DNA from: Candidatus Helarchaeota archaeon
GTDB taxonomy: Archaea > Asgardarchaeota > Lokiarchaeia > Helarchaeales > RDOG01
Assembly (NCBI GenBank): GCA_029838215.1
Contig: JALGVI010000033.1
Coordinates: forward strand, 1 to 49,481
DNA: 49,481 nucleotides
Reading direction: 5' to 3'
The translations under genes and the position numbers were made by a program. Shown here one piece after another: positions 28,913 through 38,847 of the stretch. The notes under the pieces were generated by a model. It was given only the letters and a program-made list of their open reading frames with translations, was not told the DNA's origin and did no database searches. How positions within the stretch are numbered: the first letter of the stretch is position 1; every line of letters starts with the position of its first letter.

Positions 28913-31465
28913 TCACAGATAGCCTAGAGTTTTCATTACAGGATCGATGAGAAAAGATAGTTGCGCAGGCAAGATGGCAGCCGCCTGTAGACGTGCACCA
29001 AAAGTAATTGTAATCATTGAAGGAACCTTCTCATCTAAGTATGGTTTCATGATTTGTCCATTAAATTTTGGTGGTGCACCGAGTGATTTTGCCATTTCCC
29101 ATTGTAAATCATCGAATGATACCTGTTTCCAATCCTTTTCCATGTTTTTACTTACTTTCCAACTGGCTTCAGATTTAAGAATTGTTTTTTCACCATTTTC
29201 CAGCGTGATTTCACAATAAATGTTGATTGCGGCTTCCCCTTGTAAATGATTGCTGGCTTCTATGGCAATGACATTCTTGCCAGGATTAAGATATTGAGTG
29301 ATATCGAAGACCTGCACTGCGACATCTAGAGGTCGAAAGTCGAGAGAACCGCGACTTTGCACGATGCCCACTTCTTTCCCATTGATGAATAAAGTCATGA
29401 ATAGGTGTGAAATTCCTTGAAGGAATGCGGACTTGATTTTACCGCCATTGATGGTAAAAGTTTTGCGCAAGTAAGTAGGTTTTTGCTTGGTTCTTTTTTC
29501 TGGAAAGGCAATCCATTCTGATTCTAAGAATGGGTTCTTCCATGGAATGTTTTCATTAATCTGTTCAATTTTTTCCTTGAAATATCTTAAATACAAATCT
29601 TGCTTTGGGATTAATCGCTTTAATCCCTCGGGTTTGGCACAGTTCAGCCATAGTTGTCGATATTTTTTGTTGAGTTGGTTTAATTCATCATGGAGCATCC
29701 TAATTTTCGCAATGCAGGAGGATTTGGTTTTAGAATCCATTTTTTTATTGAGTGCCTTCTGAACGGTTTGAGTTATCAAGGATTTCTTTGCGAAATATAA
29801 CCCGATTTCGGCACCAAATTTAATGTATTCCAGATAATCGCTGTTTTTCTTGACGGATCTCTTGACTTGTTGGAGCAACCGTATTCCTTCTTCCATGTCC
29901 TGAATTATTTTTTTCATCTTTTTTCGTTTTATCTTGAATTTAGGAGCAGGAAAGGGATGTTTCCAAAATTCGTTATAGAATTGTGGTAGTGGTATTGGAA
30001 ACCAACCTGATAACCTTTGATTTACTGATGAAATTAGATGCATTGCCTCCACGATTTTTAGATCTGTCGTACCAAAAAATTGACGTGCATATGCTTCGTG
30101 GAAACGATCAAGCGTGAACGTGGTGGAATTCCAGCTGACGTCCGCCGTGAGAATGTAACCATACAGATTATTTTCCCGAAAATTTTCGTTCCCGTAATCG
30201 CCCCACGTGGACGTAACGGCACCTATCGCGCCTTCCTGAATTCCTTTCTTTATGAGGCTAATGATGTTTTTATTGCTTTTCATAAAGTCAGGGAAGTTGC
30301 GGGTCCAGCTCAGGACTGACGGACTGACAACAATATTGAATCCGGCATTACGACATTTTTTAATCTTGCCATACGTCAGCGTGGTGAAGTATTCCCAGAA
30401 GAAAACGATAAGATCTTTAGGTAGACCTTTTTGAAGAACTTTATCGCTTGCAATGTTATCATGATAAATGAAGATCTCTTTTTTTCCATGCTTTTTTACG
30501 TTTTCGTATATCCAGAGGTAATATTCTAGAAGAGCTTTACTTTTTCCTTTCTGTTTTAGGTATGGACGGGAATTAAATGTTCCAAAATCAAAAATTTCAT
30601 CACAAGCCACGTGTACCCAGCTCGAAGAATGCATCTGTAAGATCTCTTCATGAAGATCCTCTACAAATTTCTTGGTTTCAGGATTCGAAATGTCCAAGCA
30701 CGTTGAGCCGGGAAATTCCATGAGCGCCCGATATTCAGGAATGTGAGCAATATTATCCATGTGTCCTAATGATTGAAATATTGGTATCAGTTCAACATGA
30801 TACTTCTTTGCTTCTTGCTCGAGGATCTTAACTTCCTCAGCAGTAAAGACATCTCGCCCTTCTGTTAATTTCGGATGTTTCTTTAACTCCCAGCAATCAG
30901 ATCCATAGCCGTAAAAAATCGAGTTTAACTTGAATTTAGCAAGCGTGCGAATCGTTTTCTTCATATTTTCAATAGTAGGGACCTGACCTCGCGCCGTGTC
31001 GTCGGAAATCCCTCGAATTTTTAGTTCAGGGAAGTCCACGATGTATGTTTCTGGAAGATATACGACACCTTCTTTAGTTCTTTGAAAAAGCTGCAAGAGA
31101 GTCTGCATCCCATAAAATAACCCCGTCTCTGTTTTTGATTCGATAACAATGACTTCACTCTCGATTTCTAAATAATACCCCTGTTCCTCGTGTAGTTCAT
31201 TCGAATATATTCGATGCTTTCTCGATACCTTTGAATCTATCACGGCCTCTTGAAGCCGTGGAAGATCGTGAAAGCCCAATTCTTCATTTAAAAGCGAGAG
31301 GAGTAACTCTTTCTGCTGAGTTTCTTCGAATATAATCGTTGACTCTCGTGTAATCGTAAAGCCTTCAGCCCCTAGATTTACGGACTGAGGGTATGGGATG
31401 ATATGTATTTCATTATTTAAATTTTCAATATCAACTCTTTTGATATTCGTGAGTATGATCCGCAT
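28913..31465 (-). CDS. GH20 beta-N-acetylhexosaminidase family protein with C-terminal beta-sandwich
   Basis: IIPYPQ, GLFYGMQTLLQ, IVDFPELKIRG, QSLGHM, HVACDE catalytic pair, TWGDYG. Confidence 0.85.
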   Translation of the reverse strand: MRIILTNIKRVDIENLNNEIHIIPYPQSVNLGAEGFTITRESTIIFEETQQKELLLSLLNEELGFHDLPRLQEAVIDSKVSRKHRIYSNELHEEQGYYLEIESEVIVIESKTETGLFYGMQTLLQLFQRTKEGVVYLPETYIVDFPELKIRGISDDTARGQVPTIENMKKTIRTLAKFKLNSIFYGYGSDCWELKKHPKLTEGRDVFTAEEVKILEQEAKKYHVELIPIFQSLGHMDNIAHIPEYRALMEFPGSTCLDISNPETKKFVEDLHEEILQMHSSSWVHVACDEIFDFGTFNSRPYLKQKGKSKALLEYYLWIYENVKKHGKKEIFIYHDNIASDKVLQKGLPKDLIVFFWEYFTTLTYGKIKKCRNAGFNIVVSPSVLSWTRNFPDFMKSNKNIISLIKKGIQEGAIGAVTSTWGDYGNENFRENNLYGYILTADVSWNSTTFTLDRFHEAYARQFFGTTDLKIVEAMHLISSVNQRLSGWFPIPLPQFYNEFWKHPFPAPKFKIKRKKMKKIIQDMEEGIRLLQQVKRSVKKNSDYLEYIKFGAEIGLYFAKKSLITQTVQKALNKKMDSKTKSSCIAKIRMLHDELNQLNKKYRQLWLNCAKPEGLKRLIPKQDLYLRYFKEKIEQINENIPWKNPFLESEWIAFPEKRTKQKPTYLRKTFTINGGKIKSAFLQGISHLFMTLFINGKEVGIVQSRGSLDFRPLDVAVQVFDITQYLNPGKNVIAIEASNHLQGEAAINIYCEITLENGEKTILKSEASWKVSKNMEKDWKQVSFDDLQWEMAKSLGAPPKFNGQIMKPYLDEKVPSMITITFGARLQAAAILPAQLSFLIDPVMKTLGYL

Positions 31466-31582
31466 TACTTACAAGCTCCACTTAAAAACCATCATCCGTC
31501 ACGCTGTAAATAATAATTTGAAAAAACACTGATCCGTGCCATATGTCTCAAACGGATCACTGAAATTTTTTTTAATTTTAAG

Positions 31583-32671
31583 CTAACTCGTTTTTGTTTT
31601 AGAATATGTCGGAAGAAATGGAAAATTCTTTTTTATCAAATTGTCAGCTGATGAAAAATCTTTCATATTTATTAATTTTGCAGAGATTTCTTTCCTGAAT
31701 TTATCGATAAAATCATTTCCAAATTGAGTTAAGCCGTGAAGGAGGATCGGGCTTGATTTTGAGCTTATAATGACAAACATTAAATTAGAGTCTTCAACTC
31801 GATTAATTATCATTATTCCATTGTCAAACTTGACTTCACGCACGAATCCCTTGCCCAGACCTTCGTCCAAAATGCTGGAGAGTGCCTGAATTGCTCCTGA
31901 AAGAAGCGTATCATCCGCGACATTTGTTGGATCCCAGTCGTGAGTATATATTGGAACTCCGCTTTCCGAATTGATACACATGAGTCTAAATGCCTTGAAA
32001 GGAAGCACGTAACCCAATTCAGGTTGATTCCAGAAGGAAAAGGCGCACAAAAAAGCACCACAACTTATGAACAGATAATCGGTTCCGGGAACGATCCAAA
32101 CCAAACCTGTTGAGAATGCGATGAAGGAACCCGGTCCTGCCAAGATCGCACCTATCAAATTTATCAATGAATATTTTTTAATCGATGTTGGAGCATTCAA
32201 ATGAATCTTCAGCATGTAATATATCCACAACAGACCTGAGAAGATAAACGTCAAGGAACCCGCGATCATGAACGGTCCTGTCATTGCTAACGTGATATCT
32301 CCGAGAATCGACACGTTATAAACTACGGAATTCAGGTCAAATGCAAAAATGAATAATACAGTGGAGATAATGGATATGATGAATAATTTAGGAGCATGAA
32401 CGTGTTCTCTGGAAATGGAGTCAACTAATCCCATAATTGCAAATGCTAACGGAGCAGAAATCAAGATACCTACTCGATAGATAGTGGTGTTTAGGAAAAG
32501 GTATGCGAATCCAATGAGAATATTTCCGAGCGACAAGAAGATCCACGTGAAAAACATGTAGAAAAAATGAGGAAATCTTGTTCTCAAATATCCGTATAAG
32601 CTGATGATGACTGCCATCAATTCAGGTATCGTTGCAATAAATAAGATTAAAGTTGAAATCGACAGGTTCAT
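31583..32671 (-). CDS. Seven-TM membrane protein with C-terminal longin-like domain
   Basis: About seven hydrophobic helices counted, then SGVPIY...LLSGAIQALSSILDE...VREVKF...FVIIS...FIDKF, a longin-like pattern. Confidence 0.7.
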   Translation of the reverse strand: MNLSISTLILFIATIPELMAVIISLYGYLRTRFPHFFYMFFTWIFLSLGNILIGFAYLFLNTTIYRVGILISAPLAFAIMGLVDSISREHVHAPKLFIISIISTVLFIFAFDLNSVVYNVSILGDITLAMTGPFMIAGSLTFIFSGLLWIYYMLKIHLNAPTSIKKYSLINLIGAILAGPGSFIAFSTGLVWIVPGTDYLFISCGAFLCAFSFWNQPELGYVLPFKAFRLMCINSESGVPIYTHDWDPTNVADDTLLSGAIQALSSILDEGLGKGFVREVKFDNGIMIINRVEDSNLMFVIISSKSSPILLHGLTQFGNDFIDKFRKEISAKLINMKDFSSADNLIKKNFPFLPTYSKTKTS

Positions 32672-33043
32672 TTGTCTTAGTTATTTTCTTGTTAATATTT
32701 AAATATTTTTCAATTAGAATTGATAAATGGCAAAAAACAACAAAATTTCAATTGAGAACGATAGAATCGGTTGAAATATCAGTGATGTGCAACTTTTTTC
32801 ATGCTTTTCATATTGTCAGAAATCTGTTCTGATAAGCTCAAAGTACAAAATTTTTGTCGAGATAGAGTAAATTCGACACAAAATGAAAAGAAAACAATTA
32901 ATTTGCTTGTTTTTTACAAAGATGACGAAAGCTATATAATCTTAATCGGAGTAAGATATAAGCTAGTTACATTTATATAATGAAATAATAAAATCGGTTT
33001 GTTATTAAATAAATTAAATTTTAAAATATGATAGGGAATTAAA

Positions 33044-33202
33044 ATGGTCTTCACAAATTTTGATAAATCAACATATGAATATGACTTAAAAATAGAGAGA
33101 AAAATAAGTGCTGAAGACATCCAGAAAATCCATGACAAAGAGAGAGAATTTTTAAAGAAGATAAGGCAACATGTTCCTGAAAACAAGATGATGACGTTTT
33201 AA
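33044..33202 (+). CDS. Putative 52-aa protein
   Basis: Hand translation: MVFTNFDKSTYEYDLKIERKISAEDIQKIHDKEREFLKKIRQHVPENKMMTF*; AGGGA upstream, T-tract after the stop. Confidence 0.5.
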   Translation: MVFTNFDKSTYEYDLKIERKISAEDIQKIHDKEREFLKKIRQHVPENKMMTF

Positions 33203-33244
33203 CTTTTTTCTCAATTTACTAACCGCTGTTTAATGCCCTTCCTT

Positions 33245-34900
33245 TTAAGACTTTAGTGTTACTAGGGCATTTTCAAATATGTTTTTAATTTTTTCATCGC
33301 TTTGATCAATTGAATTTTTTAAATTATCAATTATTTCTGAATGATGTTTTGTTTTATGAATAAGAATGGTATATATGGATATGAGATCTGAAAATCCTGT
33401 TGCATCAAAATATATGGTAAATATTGGAAGTTTTAGTCTTGTTTTTTCGTCTGGGAGTAAAGCACTACATTGCCAAAGAAATCTAGGTCCATTCTTTGTT
33501 AACAGAGTTTGTTTAGATTTGTTATTTAGAGATGATTTTAAGAGATCTTGTCTATATTTAGCTATATCGATTAAAAATACATCCCATATATACTTGTTTT
33601 TTCGTGATCCTTTGAAAAAGTCTTCTATTTGTTTAATTAGATTCAATATTTCTTTAAAATCAACACGAATTAATTTATTTAGGGGAATTATAATGCTTTC
33701 AAGATTTATATATCCATCCTTGTATTCATAATGTCCATTTGGCACGTAAAACTTAGAGGCATACCGAATTTTTGTTTCTTCATCTTTCATTCTTTCAAGT
33801 TTTATAAACATACCTAAATCATCATCATGAACCAAAAAGCTTTCGATGGCATTTCCAAGTAAACTCAAATATTTTTCTTCTTGAGATTCAGTTTCTACCA
33901 TTTCAGGAAGAGAGAGGGATGAAAGATCTTGACATCCAGTAACAATAATGGCATGACGTGAATTACTAACTTCCTCTTCAAACGATTTATAGAAATTAAG
34001 GCATAATATGCAAGGAATTCCTAAATATTTATTATAGGCATAGATGAATGCAGGTGTATTATAAAAATCTTTAAGATCCGTTTGAATGTGTGCGGCTAAT
34101 AAATTACTTTCGTTTAGAGCTTTAATTATTTCAGTCTCATAAAGTCCTCGTGCAGGAAAAATTCTAGTAGGATAATAATATTCTGAAAAACCATTAATCG
34201 TTATTTCGGATAAAGACGCGGTTATTACATTCTTGTAAATCTCTTGAGAAATGTGTAGTGCCATCCATACTGCAGCACTTGCACACAATCCTGCACCACT
34301 ATCCTGAGTTATGAAGATTGAGCCAAGCAACGTCAATTTAATACCAAAAAAGTTTACATAAATGGGCTTTTTTATTGGAATACTGAATTTTTGATCTTGA
34401 TTGGAATTATCTTTTAGAAGCAGATCATCAGTTAGTTTAAGACAGGTTCGTCCCAAATATGCATTTGGCAAAGGTCTTAACACACAAAATCCCAAATAAT
34501 AGTCATTAAAATCTAAGTCTTTCTTTTCTGATGAAGAATCGCTATGAAGAAAATCCTCTAAAAAATCTTGGCCAATTTTTTCATTAAAGAAATGAAGTCT
34601 TCTGGTTGTTTTTTGTACGTGCGGAAAACTAACAACGTGACTGTGACCAAAATCTGTTAGAAAATCATCATCGATATAACAAAGTTCATTTACAATGCTT
34701 TTGCAGGAAAGGCGATCTAATTGTTCAACCAAATTGTCAAAAGTTGGATATTCTTTGACCTTTTCTTTTGTTATGAAGTTATATTTTTCTTTTTCATGTA
34801 TATGGTCGCCTTTATCTCCAATAGCTGTTAATAACTGGTCTCGAATTGAATCAGATGTTGTTTCATAATATAAGAATGGAGTTTTTGGTAAATTTTGCAT
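33245..34900 (-). CDS. Orphan protein with papain-like (C39-like) catalytic motifs
   Basis: YLGFCVLRPLP..LGRT, TQDSGAGLCASAAVW (Q...C), RHAIIVTG (H), VHDD (D); visibly AT-rich. Confidence 0.6.
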   Translation of the reverse strand: MQNLPKTPFLYYETTSDSIRDQLLTAIGDKGDHIHEKEKYNFITKEKVKEYPTFDNLVEQLDRLSCKSIVNELCYIDDDFLTDFGHSHVVSFPHVQKTTRRLHFFNEKIGQDFLEDFLHSDSSSEKKDLDFNDYYLGFCVLRPLPNAYLGRTCLKLTDDLLLKDNSNQDQKFSIPIKKPIYVNFFGIKLTLLGSIFITQDSGAGLCASAAVWMALHISQEIYKNVITASLSEITINGFSEYYYPTRIFPARGLYETEIIKALNESNLLAAHIQTDLKDFYNTPAFIYAYNKYLGIPCILCLNFYKSFEEEVSNSRHAIIVTGCQDLSSLSLPEMVETESQEEKYLSLLGNAIESFLVHDDDLGMFIKLERMKDEETKIRYASKFYVPNGHYEYKDGYINLESIIIPLNKLIRVDFKEILNLIKQIEDFFKGSRKNKYIWDVFLIDIAKYRQDLLKSSLNNKSKQTLLTKNGPRFLWQCSALLPDEKTRLKLPIFTIYFDATGFSDLISIYTILIHKTKHHSEIIDNLKNSIDQSDEKIKNIFENALVTLKS

Positions 34901-35363
34901 TTATTTCCCCAGAATATATTATCATTCACTAATAAGATATCTAATGGATTGGAACTACTTATATCGGTATTTGAAACAGATTATAATATAAGTCTTCTCT
35001 AATTTCATCTTCAAAGAACTTGAGATGTCTAGTTGTTTTTTGAGTGTTTTAAAAATAACGATATACAACAATGATTAATATCTATTAGAAAATCTTCATT
35101 GTCTTCGATGAATTAAATTCAAATCGTATCTTGACAGGAACGATATTCTAAACACTGTTGGATTGGAGGTTATAATTGTGGAGATCACGCGGGTTGTATA
35201 TCGAAACAACATCCATACACGAAAATGTCAGATTTTTTATATTTTTTTTATCTTCACGTCTTGATTTTGGTCTTTTTAAAATGGAATCTATCTAAAATTA
35301 GAGAATAAATTTTAAAAAATTATTTTCGGAATTGAAACGTGTTTCTTACGTGAGGTTTTATTC

Positions 35364-36599
35364 GTGACAAGAGTGATCATATTCACGGGAAAAGGCGGCG
35401 TCGGCAAGACCACGTGTGCTGCAGCAACGGCATTGAGGACTGCAAGCCTCGGAAAGAAAACGTTAGTGCTTTCAAGTGATCCGGCACAGGCACTTTCTGA
35501 GTCCATGGATACTAAATTAGGGACACTAAATCCGAAGGAATTGAGAAGTAACTTGTGGGGTCTTGAGATTAACACGCAAGCAGAAGTAAATGTAAATTAT
35601 GGAGATGTTCGAGACTTCTTAATTCGTCTCTTCCAATCGCGCGGAATAGATTTGGAAATAGCTTCCGAGATGGCAGTTCTTCCAGGCATGGATGAGATAT
35701 TTTCGATTTTGACGATAGAAAAGTATCTTGAAGAATTTGATGTCATCGTTCTCGATACTGCACCCACGGGACACACGTTTAGGTTGCTTGCCTTGCCACA
35801 GGTATTTTCAATGTTCGGCAAGACGTTCATGAAGATGGGATCAGGTCTATCAAAATTTCTTCAACAAACAGGATTGCAAATGGGTCTTGAACAGGCCACC
35901 CGGACGCCGATTCCAACGGACCGATTTTTTGACCAAATGAGGAGCATAATGGATCGAGTGGAACACGTACATGAAATTCTGGCACAAGCGGACACGACGG
36001 TTCGAATAGCAACTAATCTCGAAAAAATGCCCATTCAAGAGGCAGAACGGTCTTTAACATTCATGAGCTTGTACGGATTATTAGTTGATGCTATCGCGGT
36101 GAATAAAATTTATCCGGAAGTCCTTGATGACGATTTTAAAACTCAGACGGGATCCTATTTTGATAAGTGGATAGAATTGCAAAAAGGGTATTTGAGGAGA
36201 GTTCAGCACAGTTTTCATCCGCTAAAAGTGTTGAAGTGTCGATTGATGCAGGAGGAGGTCATCGGATTTGATCTTTTAGAAGAGGTCGCCACGGATCTTT
36301 ATGGCCCGAAGGGAGATCCAACGGAGAAATATACCGATAAAAAAGCCATTGAGTTTTCTACGGACCAATTCGGTAATATCGTCATCAAGTTAGAAATTCC
36401 ATTTGCCAAGCGAGGAAAGACACGAATTCGTAAAAAAGGAGAAGAGTTAATCGTAGAAATCGGGAATGATAAGCGAATAATCTTGCTTCCAGATTATGCA
36501 TTGAGTCTTAAGGTAAAAAAAGCATACTATGAAGGTCAGGTTTTCTTCATAGTCATGGGTTCTGAGAGCGATTCGGGATTTAGTGTCCCGATTGACTGA
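35364..36599 (+). CDS. ArsA/Get3 family ATPase with C-terminal alpha-crystallin-like domain
   Basis: GKGGVGKTT, SSDPA, LPGMDE, DTAPTGHTFRLL, NLEKM..E; C-terminal LEIPF...EELIVEIGNDKRIILLP. Confidence 0.9.
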   Translation: MTRVIIFTGKGGVGKTTCAAATALRTASLGKKTLVLSSDPAQALSESMDTKLGTLNPKELRSNLWGLEINTQAEVNVNYGDVRDFLIRLFQSRGIDLEIASEMAVLPGMDEIFSILTIEKYLEEFDVIVLDTAPTGHTFRLLALPQVFSMFGKTFMKMGSGLSKFLQQTGLQMGLEQATRTPIPTDRFFDQMRSIMDRVEHVHEILAQADTTVRIATNLEKMPIQEAERSLTFMSLYGLLVDAIAVNKIYPEVLDDDFKTQTGSYFDKWIELQKGYLRRVQHSFHPLKVLKCRLMQEEVIGFDLLEEVATDLYGPKGDPTEKYTDKKAIEFSTDQFGNIVIKLEIPFAKRGKTRIRKKGEELIVEIGNDKRIILLPDYALSLKVKKAYYEGQVFFIVMGSESDSGFSVPID

Positions 36600-36708
36600 T
36601 TTTTTCAGGATTTGTATTACTCAAATTTTTTAAGTTTTCAAGAAAGGATTTATTAAAGACAAATTAGCATGGAATCATGAAAAATCTGCCAAGCTTAATC
36701 ACGAGGTC

Positions 36709-37800
36709 ATGGAACCGTTGACATCACGAGAGAAAATTGACAAGATCATCAGAGGAGTTATTTTTTCCTATTTTGGCGAAGAAGGACCTGCTCCTGCGAG
36801 GAGTGGATGGTTCCCGGACGATAATGAGACCGAGTTAGACCTGCGAATTCTTCACCTTGTTGCATTAAAATCCCTGTCATTGCTTGCAGGGGAGACAGGT
36901 AGTTATCCTGAACCGAATTTGGCTTCCATTATTCCTTTTCCCCATTTAAACATGTCTTGTTTGGTTTATCTATTCGAAATTCCAGAAGAAAAGGCTCGTG
37001 GAAAAAGGGTCGATAGTTGCATTTCGGTTTTATTTACGGAGAAGTTTAGCCCCTTGATCTATAAGCACATAGTATTTCTCACGGATTACTTGAAAAAAAT
37101 AAGCCTCCAGTTGACAGAATTATTTCACAAAAAAGATGAGGAAAATGAACCATTTCGGAACGTGATTGTTAAATTTTATGACAATCTCACGAACTTTCTT
37201 GAAGATTACCGGGCAACCGAGCTGAAAAAATGGCAATTACAAGAGATTTCAAAGGCGACTATTGATTACAAAATCAAGATCATTGTATTGGGTGATCCGG
37301 GCGTTGGAAAGACAACGCTTCTCCTACGTTACGTGGATCAAGCATTTCGCGAGTTATACATTCCCACGACAGGAGTTCAAATCTCGACAAAACGTGTAAA
37401 GATCGGGGATGACATCATTCAACTGAACCTGTGGGACCTCGCAGGGGAAAAGAAGTTCAAGGAGCTTCAAAGAATCTATTATGAAGGAGCGGTAGAAGGC
37501 GGAGTCATATTCGCATATGATATTACCAGAAAGAAAAGTTTTGAGAGCCTATCTAATTGGATAGAAGACCTCCAAGCCGCCCTAACTGTTAACGTGAAGG
37601 ATATTGATGGAACCCTCATTGGTAATAAAGTTGATTTGAAAGCAACAAGACAGGTTTCAATTGAAGAGGGTAAAAAACTTGCGGAAAAATATGATTTACG
37701 CTTTTTTGAGACTTCTGCATTAACGGGAGAAAATGTTGATGAAGTCTTTCATGACATGGCTGAAAAAGTATATAACAGGTTAAAACAAAATCATCAATAG
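36709..37800 (+). CDS. Rab-like small GTPase fused to an N-terminal longin/uDENN-like domain
   Basis: G1 GDPGVGKT, G2 YIPTTG, G3 WDLAGE, G4 NKVD, G5 ETSAL; N-terminus VIFSYFGEEGP resembles the uDENN-longin first strand. Confidence 0.85.
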   Translation: MEPLTSREKIDKIIRGVIFSYFGEEGPAPARSGWFPDDNETELDLRILHLVALKSLSLLAGETGSYPEPNLASIIPFPHLNMSCLVYLFEIPEEKARGKRVDSCISVLFTEKFSPLIYKHIVFLTDYLKKISLQLTELFHKKDEENEPFRNVIVKFYDNLTNFLEDYRATELKKWQLQEISKATIDYKIKIIVLGDPGVGKTTLLLRYVDQAFRELYIPTTGVQISTKRVKIGDDIIQLNLWDLAGEKKFKELQRIYYEGAVEGGVIFAYDITRKKSFESLSNWIEDLQAALTVNVKDIDGTLIGNKVDLKATRQVSIEEGKKLAEKYDLRFFETSALTGENVDEVFHDMAEKVYNRLKQNHQ

Positions 37801-37905
37801 TTAATTTTATTGTTTTTATGTCAAAAATCAGTTTTCGGATCATTTCTCTCATTCTATCAAAAACTTTTAATGGTTGAAAATGTCACCAATGTTGTTCGGT
37901 TTCAT

Positions 37906-38021
37906 GCAGAGGTGTCCGAGTTGGAGAAACTCGGGGTTCGCCCCATCTTCGACGAGTCAAAGGAGCAGGACTGAGGCTCCTGTGGCGAAGGCCTGCGTGG
38001 GTTCAAACCCCATCCTCTGCA
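37906..38021 (+). tRNA. tRNA-Leu(GAG) with a 32-nt insert in the D-loop
   Basis: Acceptor GCAGAGG/CCTCTGC, anticodon arm CAGGA-CTGAGGC-TCCTG, long variable arm, T arm GTGGG-TTCAAAC-CCCAT, discriminator A; no encoded CCA. Confidence 0.92.
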
Positions 38022-38042
38022 CCTCGTTATTTTTAATGATAT

Positions 38043-38744
38043 TTGTCAAGCACAGAATTGGTTTGCATTCCAGTGAAAGAATGGTTCAAGAAATACATCG
38101 ATATCATTTTTGGTTTCGTTCTAATAGGGATATTTCTAATCGTTTGTCTAATATCAATTGAATTGTTTCCCGGATTTTCCGTATTTCTTACTCGCATTAG
38201 TGAATTGGGCGTTGGTCCCGGAGTCCCTAATTCGACTCCTATTGGCAGGACACTTCCGGTATCCATTACAATAGGGGGTATAATATTCAACTTTGGATTG
38301 ATTTTTACAGGAAGCGGAATCATTGGGTTTGCATTAAGATTCACAAACCATTATCGAGAGATTTTGCAAATTGAAGATTCTTTTTTCATTAAATTATTTA
38401 AGGTCGGTCGCGTGTTCTCCATTCTTTTTGGTGTATTTTTGATCCTCACGGGTATTTTTCCAATGACGGTTTTTACATTCTCCGTGCACGTGCTTTTTTC
38501 GTTCTCGACCTTTCTTTCGATAACAATCACGGTGATTTGTTTCAGCACGATTTTATTTACTTCGATAGAAAAGTTTTCGAGATTAATTGCAGGAATTGGT
38601 TTTGCTCAAGTTTTCCTTGCTTTTCTTCTCATCAGCACGGGTTTTCCCTTACTGGAGTGGCTGACGGCAGGGATTTTCTTGATTTGGATGATACTGGTTT
38701 GTTTACAAGTGCTCTTACATGAAATTAAAGAAGTTGATGAGTAA
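38043..38744 (+). CDS. Multi-pass membrane protein (DUF998-like)
   Basis: ISELG...FNFGLIFTG, TGIFP, VHVLFS, LEW pattern; hydrophobic helices. Confidence 0.7.
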   Translation: MSSTELVCIPVKEWFKKYIDIIFGFVLIGIFLIVCLISIELFPGFSVFLTRISELGVGPGVPNSTPIGRTLPVSITIGGIIFNFGLIFTGSGIIGFALRFTNHYREILQIEDSFFIKLFKVGRVFSILFGVFLILTGIFPMTVFTFSVHVLFSFSTFLSITITVICFSTILFTSIEKFSRLIAGIGFAQVFLAFLLISTGFPLLEWLTAGIFLIWMILVCLQVLLHEIKEVDE

Positions 38745-38847
38745 ATTTCATTGATATAAATATATCATACATCAGGGAATCGTAAAGATTATAAATACCA
38801 TGTTCATAAAGTAAAAACTAATCATTTAATTAGATCGGTGAATAAAA

